Positions 24,853 through 32,000 of a stretch of DNA of 32,000 nt are shown in pieces. Location: NCBI GenBank assembly GCA_963699255.1, contig OY969425.1, positions 480,001 to 512,000 on the forward strand, in the 5' to 3' direction. The translations under genes and the position numbers were made by a program. Source of the DNA: an uncultured bacterium. GTDB lineage: Bacteria; Margulisbacteria; WOR-1; CAVSGV01. Below the pieces are notes generated by a model. The model worked only from the letters and a program-made list of their open reading frames with translations, was not told the DNA's origin and made no database searches. The first letter of the stretch is position 1. The number at the start of each line of letters is the position of its first letter.

Positions 24853-25941
24853 ATGAAAAGAAATCACACGAAAATAGTATCCATAGGGCGCGTCAGGATA
24901 GGCGGCAGCAATCCCGTCGCCGTCCAATCGATGACAAAGACCCACACCTATGACATCAAAGCGACCGTAAAACAGATCCGCGAACTTCAGGATGCCGGCT
25001 GCCAGATCATAAGATGCGCGGTGCCGGAAGAAAAAGACGCCCTTGCCATCAGGCAGATAAAAAAGCACATATCGATCCCGCTGGTCGCCGATATCCACTT
25101 CAATTACAGGCTGGCGCTCATTGCGATCGAATCGGGCGCCGACAAGATACGGATAAACCCCGGGAACATCGGCGGACTCGACAGGCTCAGGTCCGTTGTG
25201 TCCGCCTGCAAAGAAAGAAAGATCCCCATCAGGATCGGCGTCAATTCGGGGTCGCTCGAAAAAGAGATACTGAAAAGATACAAGCATCCGACTGCGGAAG
25301 CGCTTGTCGCGTCGGCGCTGAAGAATATCCGGATACTTGAGGAACTGAATTTCCATGACATTGTCGTTTCGATAAAATCCACGAGCGTCCCTTCCACGAT
25401 AGAAGCGTACAGGCTTCTGTCAAAAAAAGTAAGCTATCCACTGCATGTCGGGATCACCGAAGCGGGGATATCAACTCCCGGGATCATAAAGTCGTCAGTG
25501 GGCATAGGGACCCTTCTGGCCGAGGGGATAGGGGACACGATAAGAGTGTCGCTTACGGGCGACCCCGTGGCAGAGGTCTTTGCCGCGAGGGAGATACTGA
25601 AGTCGCTTGATCTGATAAAAGGCGGAGTGACCATTATCTCATGCCCAACCTGCGGAAGATGCGAGATAGATGTCGAGGAAATAGCGAAAGCGGTCGCGGA
25701 AAAAACTAGGGGGGTTAACCATGAAGTAAAGCGGGGCGCTAACTTCATGGTTAAAAAACCGATAAAAATTGCTATAATGGGGTGTGCGGTGAACGGTCCC
25801 GGAGAAGCATCCGACGCTGATGTGGGGCTCGCGGGCGGAAAAGGAACGGGGCTTATATTCAGGGCCGGCAGGATCGTGAAAAAGGTCCCGGAAAAAGAAA
25901 TGGTCAGGGAACTGATGAGAGAGGTGCATAAGATAAAATGA
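24853..25941 (+). CDS. ispG: 4-hydroxy-3-methylbut-2-en-1-yl diphosphate synthase
   Basis: VRIGGSNPVAVQSMTKT..., ...IPLVADIHFNYRLAL...RINPGNIG, and the C-terminal Fe-S motifs ISCPTCGRC and MGCAVNGPGE. Confidence 0.9.
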   Translation: MKRNHTKIVSIGRVRIGGSNPVAVQSMTKTHTYDIKATVKQIRELQDAGCQIIRCAVPEEKDALAIRQIKKHISIPLVADIHFNYRLALIAIESGADKIRINPGNIGGLDRLRSVVSACKERKIPIRIGVNSGSLEKEILKRYKHPTAEALVASALKNIRILEELNFHDIVVSIKSTSVPSTIEAYRLLSKKVSYPLHVGITEAGISTPGIIKSSVGIGTLLAEGIGDTIRVSLTGDPVAEVFAAREILKSLDLIKGGVTIISCPTCGRCEIDVEEIAKAVAEKTRGVNHEVKRGANFMVKKPIKIAIMGCAVNGPGEASDADVGLAGGKGTGLIFRAGRIVKKVPEKEMVRELMREVHKIK

Positions 25942-27227
25942 TAGACAGATATTCTCTTGAGAAGATGAAATCCATATGGAGCGAGGAGAACAAATTCAGG
26001 AAGTGGCTTGAAGTTGAGCTCGCCGCCTGCGAGGCTTGGAAGACCCTGGGCAAGATCCCCGAAACCTCTCTCAGAAGGATAAAAAAGGACGCCAAGTTCT
26101 CCATCAAGAGGATAAAAGAGATAGAGAAGACCGTCGATCACGACGTCATAGCGTTCCTGACGAACGTGGCGGAGCATGTGGGGCCGGATTCAAGGTTCAT
26201 CCATATGGGGATGACCTCTTCCGACGTGGTGGACACGTCGCTTTCCCTCCTGATGAGGGAATCCGCGCAGCTCATCATTTCGGACATAAAGGACCTTATA
26301 AGGGCGCTGAAGGCGAAAGCGAAGGAGCACAGGCGCACGCTGATGATAGGGCGCACCCACGGGATACACGCGGAGCCGACCACCTTCGGCCTCAAGATGG
26401 CGCTTTATTACGAGGAGATGAAGAGGAACCTGGACAGGATGACAAGGGCGATGGAGATAGTGAGCGTTGGTAAATTCTCCGGAGCCGTCGGGACATATTC
26501 AAATATCGAGCCGAAAGTGGAAGAGATAGCCTGCAAAAAGCTCGGGATAAAGAGGGTGGAAGTCGCCACGCAGGTCATCCAGAGGGACAGGCACGCAGAA
26601 TATCTTACGACCATCGCTATAGTCGCCGCGACCCTGGAAAAGATCGCGACGGAGATAAGGAACCTGCAGAGGACGGAAATACAGGAAGCGGAAGAGCCGT
26701 TCAAGCAGGGGCAGAAAGGCTCGTCAGCCATGCCTCACAAGAGGAACCCGATAACCTGCGAGAGGATCGCCGGCCTTGCAAGGGTCTTAAGGTCCAATGC
26801 TCTCGTCTCTCTTGAGAACGTGGCGCTGTGGCATGAGAGGGACATAACACACTCTTCAACGGAGAGGATAATCGTCCCCGACAGCTCGATACTCATCGAT
26901 TACATGCTCCAGACATTGACGCGCATCATCGACAACATCGTCGTATATCCCGAGAACATGAAAAAGAACGTGGACAGGACCCAGGGATTGATCTTCTCCC
27001 AGAGGCTCCTTCTGATGCTCGTGAGCAAAGGCCTGAAAAGGGAGGACGCGTACAGCATAGTGCAGTCGAACGCCATGAAATCCCGCGGCAGGCGCAACCT
27101 TAAGGACGAGGTGCTCGCCGATCCCGTGGCCGCGAAATATCTGAGCAGGAAGGATGTCGAGTCGGCCTTTGACATAAACTATTACCTGCGGAACGTTGAC
27201 GACATATTCAAGAGGATCGGCATATAA
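25938..27227 (+). CDS. purB: Adenylosuccinate lyase
   Basis: MIDRYSLEKMKSIWSEENKF...; HDV(I/K)AF; GRTHGIHAEPTTFG; the signature loop GSSAMPHKRNP. It has an ATGA overlap with ispG. Confidence 0.9.
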   Translation: MIDRYSLEKMKSIWSEENKFRKWLEVELAACEAWKTLGKIPETSLRRIKKDAKFSIKRIKEIEKTVDHDVIAFLTNVAEHVGPDSRFIHMGMTSSDVVDTSLSLLMRESAQLIISDIKDLIRALKAKAKEHRRTLMIGRTHGIHAEPTTFGLKMALYYEEMKRNLDRMTRAMEIVSVGKFSGAVGTYSNIEPKVEEIACKKLGIKRVEVATQVIQRDRHAEYLTTIAIVAATLEKIATEIRNLQRTEIQEAEEPFKQGQKGSSAMPHKRNPITCERIAGLARVLRSNALVSLENVALWHERDITHSSTERIIVPDSSILIDYMLQTLTRIIDNIVVYPENMKKNVDRTQGLIFSQRLLLMLVSKGLKREDAYSIVQSNAMKSRGRRNLKDEVLADPVAAKYLSRKDVESAFDINYYLRNVDDIFKRIGI

Positions 27228-27290
27228 GAACAATATCACAATGACCAATTAACAAATCCCAATTAATGAATAATATTAGAAAGGTGATTT

Positions 27291-27539
27291 ATGTTTAACG
27301 CGAAAGTAACTGTAAGGCTGAAAAAAGGGCTTCTTGATCCCCAGGGGACGGCTATAGGCGGGGCGCTGAAATCGCTGGGCTATTCACAGGTAAAAGAGGT
27401 CAAGGTCGGAAAGTTCATCGAGATCCAGCTTGACGCGAAGAACAAGGCGGAAGCGGCCAAAAAGACGGAAGAAATGTGCAAAAAACTTCTTGCCAATCCC
27501 GTCATCGAGGTCTACAGCTGCGAGATAGAGGAAGCATAG
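27291..27539 (+). CDS. purS: Phosphoribosylformylglycinamidine synthase subunit PurS
   Basis: 82 aa with VTVRLKKGLLDPQGTAIGGALKSLGY...ANPVIEVYSCEIEE. The SD is AAAGGTGA. Confidence 0.85.
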   Translation: MFNAKVTVRLKKGLLDPQGTAIGGALKSLGYSQVKEVKVGKFIEIQLDAKNKAEAAKKTEEMCKKLLANPVIEVYSCEIEEA

Positions 27540-28220
27540 ATGCGTTTTGGAGTTGTCACATTCCCCGGATCCAACTGCGATTACGACTGCTACAATGCCG
27601 TAAAAAGAGTGCTGAAGGAGCCGGTGGAGTTCATATGGCACGCGGACAAAAAGCTAGACCACTTTGACTGCATAATCCTTCCGGGCGGTTTTTCCTACGG
27701 AGATTACCTCAGGACCGGAGCAATAGCTCACTTCGCCAATATAATGGCCGATGTTAAGGAATTCGCGTCAAAGGGCGGGCTGGTGATAGGCATCTGCAAC
27801 GGCTTCCAGATACTGACCGAAGCCGGGCTTCTTCCGGGCGCGCTTCAGAGGAATAAAAGCCTTCAGTTCATCTGCAAAAACGTTCATTTGAAGTGCGAGA
27901 ACAATAAGACCCCGTTCACAGCTAAGATGAAAAAGGGACAGGTCATAAGGATACCTATCGCCCACGGAGAGGGCAATTACACGGCCGATAAGGCCACCCT
28001 TAAGGAACTCGAAAAGAACAAACAGATCATTTTCAGGTATTGCGATGAGAAGGGGAGGGCGACGGAAGAATCGAACCCGAACGGCTCTATGCTGAACATC
28101 GCCGGGATCTGCAACAAGAAGCGCAATGTCCTGGGTATGATGCCCCACCCGGAGCGCTGTTCCGAGGCCATCCTGGGCGGTATCGACGGGAAATACATCT
28201 TCGAATCGATATTGAGCTGA
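27540..28220 (+). CDS. purQ: Phosphoribosylformylglycinamidine synthase glutaminase subunit
   Basis: [31 protein letters not shown] (nucleophile Cys), MMPHPER. It starts immediately after the purS stop. Confidence 0.9.
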   Translation: MRFGVVTFPGSNCDYDCYNAVKRVLKEPVEFIWHADKKLDHFDCIILPGGFSYGDYLRTGAIAHFANIMADVKEFASKGGLVIGICNGFQILTEAGLLPGALQRNKSLQFICKNVHLKCENNKTPFTAKMKKGQVIRIPIAHGEGNYTADKATLKELEKNKQIIFRYCDEKGRATEESNPNGSMLNIAGICNKKRNVLGMMPHPERCSEAILGGIDGKYIFESILS

Positions 28221-28230
28221 GGCCTGAGAG

Positions 28231-28539
28231 TCAATCCTGACAGGGGAACACTTCAAGTATCTGCGCCTTCTTCGGCCCTATCCCCACAGGTAAACCATAT
28301 CTTTTTAATTCTTCCGTTGTCATTATCGTGAACATGGAGGGGTCCAATAAATTCTGAAAACGGTATTTGTTTATCCCGGGCGACAAAAGCGGGGTAACAT
28401 CAAAGTTCCGCCATCTTTTTCCCGAACCATCCGCTCTGTTCGAAAGATTCACTGCGACGATCGCTTTTTGATCCTTATATGATCTTGCAAAAGCCCTTAC
28501 GTCAGAATCCCATCCCGAATGGGTGTTAAGATAATGCAT
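28231..28539 (-). CDS. GH13 C-terminal domain fragment, in frame with the upstream piece
   Basis: (F)RAGKMHYLNTHSGWDSDVRAFARSYKDQKAIVAVNLSN matches the usual ...P-x-L-x-x-G...(V/L)-x-A-F-x-R...(V/I)-x-(V/I)-N-x-S end of GH13 enzymes. There is no SD of its own. Confidence 0.55.
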   Translation of the reverse strand: MHYLNTHSGWDSDVRAFARSYKDQKAIVAVNLSNRADGSGKRWRNFDVTPLLSPGINKYRFQNLLDPSMFTIMTTEELKRYGLPVGIGPKKAQILEVFPCQD

Positions 28540-28566
28540 TTTCCCGGCCCTGAACAGCGGCCTGCT

Positions 28567-29718
28567 CTAAACCTTTGAAAGCGCGATATAGAACCTGGCC
28601 ATATCGGGATCGACATTGTTATAATCGATATACGACTCGGCATATCTGTTGTAGGCATATCCGATCACCGCTTCGATCTCGCCGTTATAGAACATTGGCA
28701 CTCCGGGGAGCGTCGCGATCAGAGCTGTCGCGGTCATTTTTTCCGTCCTGTCAAAGTACCTTAACTTGTCTATCGTGTGGCCGTTAAAATATACATCTCT
28801 TACGTCATGCCCGTCGATATTATGGACCGCTGAAAAAGCCGAACGCGGGCCCTGCGCCCAGGTCAACGCGCGCAGATAGTTATCAAAATCGTTGACGCCC
28901 ATGCTGCCTTTGAACGCGTCATAAATAAAATAAGGGCAATCCTGGTCCTGAACAAGGTCAGCCCCGCAATTCCAAATTTCGTTATGAACATACTTATCCA
29001 TTGTTTCCGCCAGGAATTGGGCATTCGGATTAAGCTTTTTCGCTCTTGTAATGACCTCCTGCAGGAAATCTACAGGATACAGCTTGTCAACTTCTGATTC
29101 TCTTCCATGATACCAGTTTTCTTTCATTATTCTCTTCAGCAGCGCCGGCGCCGCGTCGATCCTCAACCCGTCAAAACCGAGTTCGTGCATAAGATCAACG
29201 GATCCAAGAAGATATTTCTTCACTTCGGGATTTAAAAAATCGAACTGGGCGGTATCCGCGAAAATATGGCTTCCGTTGCGGTCGGTCCCGTGTTGGATCC
29301 ATCCGGAATCATATTTCAGGAACCAATCCGGATGATCGATCAATAAGGGGCTTATCCTTGAGACATGGTTCAGTATCGAATCGCATATAACTTTCACTCC
29401 GTTGTCATGGATCGTCTTGATAAGGCTTATTAATTCGCGTTTTGTCCCGTACCTTTCCTCGATCTGATATAGGTCCGTAAGTGCAAAAGGCGCAGCACCT
29501 CTTCTGATCTCAGTTTTTCCGCCGTATTCGATCTCCGCGCCGTTCTGGAGCACGCCGCACAGCCATATGGTTCCAATATTATGCCCTGCAATTTGCGGAA
29601 TTCGCTGTTCAATATTCTTAAAATTGCTTATGCGGATATCTTTTGAGTAGTTATCCTTGACCATGATCTGATACATGGTTTTTTTCATTATCCAGTAACT
29701 TTTCGCAATGATCGACAT
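28567..29718 (-). CDS. GH13 alpha-amylase-family catalytic part (ends at an in-frame TAG)
   Basis: GH13 regions I-IV are present: VICDSILNHVS, GFDGLRIDAAPAL, FLAETMD and VHNIDGHD. I prefer the start at 29718 (AAGGAG 9 nt upstream) over the track start at 29787. Confidence 0.75.
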   Translation of the reverse strand: MSIIAKSYWIMKKTMYQIMVKDNYSKDIRISNFKNIEQRIPQIAGHNIGTIWLCGVLQNGAEIEYGGKTEIRRGAAPFALTDLYQIEERYGTKRELISLIKTIHDNGVKVICDSILNHVSRISPLLIDHPDWFLKYDSGWIQHGTDRNGSHIFADTAQFDFLNPEVKKYLLGSVDLMHELGFDGLRIDAAPALLKRIMKENWYHGRESEVDKLYPVDFLQEVITRAKKLNPNAQFLAETMDKYVHNEIWNCGADLVQDQDCPYFIYDAFKGSMGVNDFDNYLRALTWAQGPRSAFSAVHNIDGHDVRDVYFNGHTIDKLRYFDRTEKMTATALIATLPGVPMFYNGEIEAVIGYAYNRYAESYIDYNNVDPDMARFYIALSKV

Positions 29719-30529
29719 GCCGAATAACTCCTTATATTTGAGCTTGCACCTCAAGTATATATCAATAAGAACGCGTGATAATTTCAATTAAACCGGAAGA
29801 TGAAGATATTTGATCGCGGGATCGAAGCTGTCGCACGCAAAAATGATCGAAAAAGGGAAGGGGAGAGAGCCAGAAAGATCAAATTCAAACGTTTCTCAGG
29901 CGGATATGGCCGTAATAATCAATAAATAACATCAAAATCCCATATTGCCACATAAATTCCTAAGGTGACGAATAATGGTGACGATTATCATGGGCAATTA
30001 TGCGCCACTATTAATTATCACTTTTGGCGTCCCAATGCGAAAAACAAGCCATTATTATGTTTAATCGTGTACATGCGTGAATATGCCAGACAGAAATCCA
30101 AATAAGCCATTTACAGCCCCGAAAACTCAAAGATCAACTCAATAATACTGAAATAAACCCCAAAAACATCAAAATGAACCCCTAAAATAGGTAGATAGAT
30201 ACCGTAAGATGTAAAGTCGATGACAAATTCATCAAAAAACAACAAAATTTATACAAATATACATACATATGGCTAAATTATGAGAAAAACAGCTTAAAAT
30301 AGGCAAATATAAGGCACAATACGGCCTGAAGATCCTAAATCGAATGAGAAACTTTGTCAGAAAAACCGAGTAAACAACTGGCCAGGGATAAATCTCATGA
30401 CATAGGTATGGAGTGGGACTGCCGGGGGTGAAAAATCAGTATTTTTGTGCTACAAAGCCACCTTTTGATGCTTGCCTTACTTGACATAAGATATATTATG
30501 CGACGTTAAACATGAAGAAAAGCGGCTGT

Positions 30530-31534
30530 TTAGTGTATTTTGCTCAAATAATACGCTTCATTGGTCATTGCAGCCCTGAAGGCATTTAAGCTGTCAGATG
30601 ATGAATCCACCCTCCAATCGCTTTCTTTCTTCATATTGAACCATACGTAAAGCTTGATCTTTTTATAGTTATTCTTCAAACTATTAAATGCATCGGCAAT
30701 CCAGAGAGGCTTGTTTGTTGCTGGTTCTGCAGTTCCGCATGCCATTTCCCCTACCATGACCGGTTTATTTGAGAGGATCGCGCTTGGAAATGAAGAATAA
30801 CCTAATAATAAAACATCATCAGAAGAAGTTGACCCGGAATTCGAATAACCGTCAAATGCGACCCAGTCAACAAAAGTATCTCCGGGGTAATAATTTTGGA
30901 CCATGTTCCAATCGTCCGTAGGGTTGCTGTGATCCATCGGACACCACACCCAGGTCACGTTTTTTGCCCCAACGGCTTCAAATGTAGCGTGTATCCTTTC
31001 CCAAGCGGCCTTATACTTGCTGGTCGCCGCTTCATCGCTGCCGTTAAATGCTCCCGACCATGGATACCAGTTGCCGTTCATTTCATGAGCAAATCTTAAA
31101 AATAACGGCTTTCCCCATGATTCCGCCGATATAGCGAAAGCCGTAATATAGCTGTCGCAGTCACCGGAAATAATATGATCAAGAGAAAATGAAGTGTCGC
31201 TGCTGGATCCCCAATTCCATGGCTCCCAGGTAAGCATAGGTATGCTGTTGTGGTCATGGACAATGTCACAGGCCGAGGTCGGGAAAAGGCTGACAAAATC
31301 CAGATACCACATGACAACGGCGACTTCCCTGGAAATAAGGCCTTCATAATATGTTATTGATTCAGCCGAAGGCTCGCCGTCGTGAAGAAATACACCGATG
31401 CCGCAGCCGGAATAATCTCCCGTGATCTTTAATGTTGGAACAGTTCCGCCGGTTTGTTGGGTCGTTGAACAGGATACCATGCAGCAAACCAACGCGATAA
31501 GGAGTACGAGGATCAAATAGAAGCGTTTTCTCAT
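30530..31534 (-). CDS. GH26-like glycoside hydrolase (beta-mannanase family) lipoprotein
   Basis: Lipobox LIALVCCMVSC|S. FLRFAHEMNGNWYPWSG resembles the GH26 acid/base motif (H-E-M-N-G-x-W-(F/Y)-x-W). VMVGEMACG is the candidate nucleophile Glu. Confidence 0.65.
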   Translation of the reverse strand: MRKRFYLILVLLIALVCCMVSCSTTQQTGGTVPTLKITGDYSGCGIGVFLHDGEPSAESITYYEGLISREVAVVMWYLDFVSLFPTSACDIVHDHNSIPMLTWEPWNWGSSSDTSFSLDHIISGDCDSYITAFAISAESWGKPLFLRFAHEMNGNWYPWSGAFNGSDEAATSKYKAAWERIHATFEAVGAKNVTWVWCPMDHSNPTDDWNMVQNYYPGDTFVDWVAFDGYSNSGSTSSDDVLLLGYSSFPSAILSNKPVMVGEMACGTAEPATNKPLWIADAFNSLKNNYKKIKLYVWFNMKKESDWRVDSSSDSLNAFRAAMTNEAYYLSKIH

Positions 31535-32000
31535 TTATTCAATGCGTCGACCACTTCACCCGCAAAGGCATCGGAATACCTGTATATGTCGACCGTAATG
31601 AAGTTCTTATCTATAACTATGTCTTTTTCAACGTAGCTTACGCCCATTTTCTTGAGATCTCTGGCCAATGAAGGATGAACGGTGGCCTTTATGTCCTTTA
31701 AAAGGCCCCATTTGGCCAGATAAACGGGAATATTATCCATCGCGCATATCAATTTGCCTTTCGCGTTGAATTCCCTGGCTTTATCGATAAGGACCGGGTT
31801 TTCATAGAATTTCTTCGCGAGATACCCGCCGACAAAGACGACCGCGTCATATCGGTCAACATTTATCTGTTCAACGGCCAAATTCGGCCTGACCTTCATA
31901 ATATCCGTGCCCAGAGCTATCTCGCTCGTGGAAGCTGACGCGACCTCAACGGTGTACCCTGCCCTGCTTATAATGACTTTTGGGATGGTATATTCGTCAT
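31531..32000 (-). CDS. DJ-1/PfpI-family protein (5' end beyond window)
   Basis: The frame stays open upstream of the track Met through to the window edge (DEYTIPKVIISRAGYTVEVAS...). It contains RYDAVVFVGG and GKLICAMDNIPVYLAKWGLLKDIKATVHP. The stop overlaps the GH26 ATG (ATGA). Confidence 0.7.
   Translation of the reverse strand, partial: DEYTIPKVIISRAGYTVEVASASTSEIALGTDIMKVRPNLAVEQINVDRYDAVVFVGGYLAKKFYENPVLIDKAREFNAKGKLICAMDNIPVYLAKWGLLKDIKATVHPSLARDLKKMGVSYVEKDIVIDKNFITVDIYRYSDAFAGEVVDALNK

Noticed and set aside
24802-26177. 184-aa and 247-aa - strand ORFs (24802-25356, 25434-26177), plus other 60-145-aa ORFs over ispG/purB/purQ
   Set aside because: They are antisense or out-of-frame shadows of strongly recognisable housekeeping genes. 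They have no start context and biased shadow composition.
28567-28569. Genome-wide TAG reassignment (alternative genetic code) to explain the GH13 interruption
   Set aside because: TAG terminates three other well-supported genes here at family-typical lengths: GxxExxY at 17185, purS at 27537 and the protease at 23119.
29800-29925. 41-codon + strand ORF (MKIFDRGIEAVARKNDRKREGERARKIKFKRFSGGYGRNNQ) in the long spacer
   Set aside because: The GGAAG abuts the ATG with no spacing. The sequence is lysine/arginine-rich as expected from translating A/G-rich DNA, and there is no recognisable family. It cannot be supported without expression or conservation data.
30481-30510. TTGACA hexamer as a + strand promoter
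   Set aside because: No acceptable -10 lies at 16-18 nt, and it would fire into the 3' end of the convergent GH26 gene.
1-32000. Diversity-generating retroelement, phase-variation invertase, prophage or defence island explaining the variable surface locus
   Set aside because: I found no reverse transcriptase, recombinase, integrase or phage-like ORF in any frame. I also found no template/variable repeat pair within the giant gene.

Overview
This 32 kb window looks like a chromosome segment from an uncultivated diderm bacterium. GC content is patchy, and TAA, TAG and TGA are all used as stops. I recognised no rRNA, tRNA, CRISPR array, transposase, integrase or reverse transcriptase. All functional calls come from motif recognition by eye; nothing was checked by search.

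The left ~23 kb, all on the + strand, is an accessory surface/secretion locus, in this order:
- the tail of a parallel beta-helix protein;
- a small signal-peptide/C-terminal-TM protein, translationally coupled (ATGA) to a ~4,715-aa giant ORF. The giant ORF has an N-terminal lipase-like alpha/beta-hydrolase head, a dozen or more FlgD-Ig-like modules, a large unassignable core, a BNR/propeller-like segment and a T9SS-type C-terminal sorting domain;
- a four-helix-bundle ('23S rRNA IVS') protein;
- a PorV/PorQ-like barrel;
- a GxxExxY (PD-(D/E)XK) protein enclosed by a ~39-nt inverted repeat built from CAACGGAT octamers;
- a six-blade NHL propeller;
- a ~1,100-aa predicted outer-membrane barrel;
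- an ORF-less copy of the same palindromic element;
- two further diverged copies of the small protein, each followed by a decayed 5' stub of a giant-gene paralogue. Both stubs break at the same point into a CTCTAnn heptamer tract.

The right ~9 kb is mostly housekeeping. It holds an RDD/trypsin-like protease (-), a small secreted protein, and ispG, purB, purS and purQ (+). On the - strand it then holds a GH13 gene interrupted by one in-frame TAG, a 742-bp ORF-free A-rich spacer, a GH26-like lipoprotein, and a DJ-1/PfpI-family gene that runs off the window.
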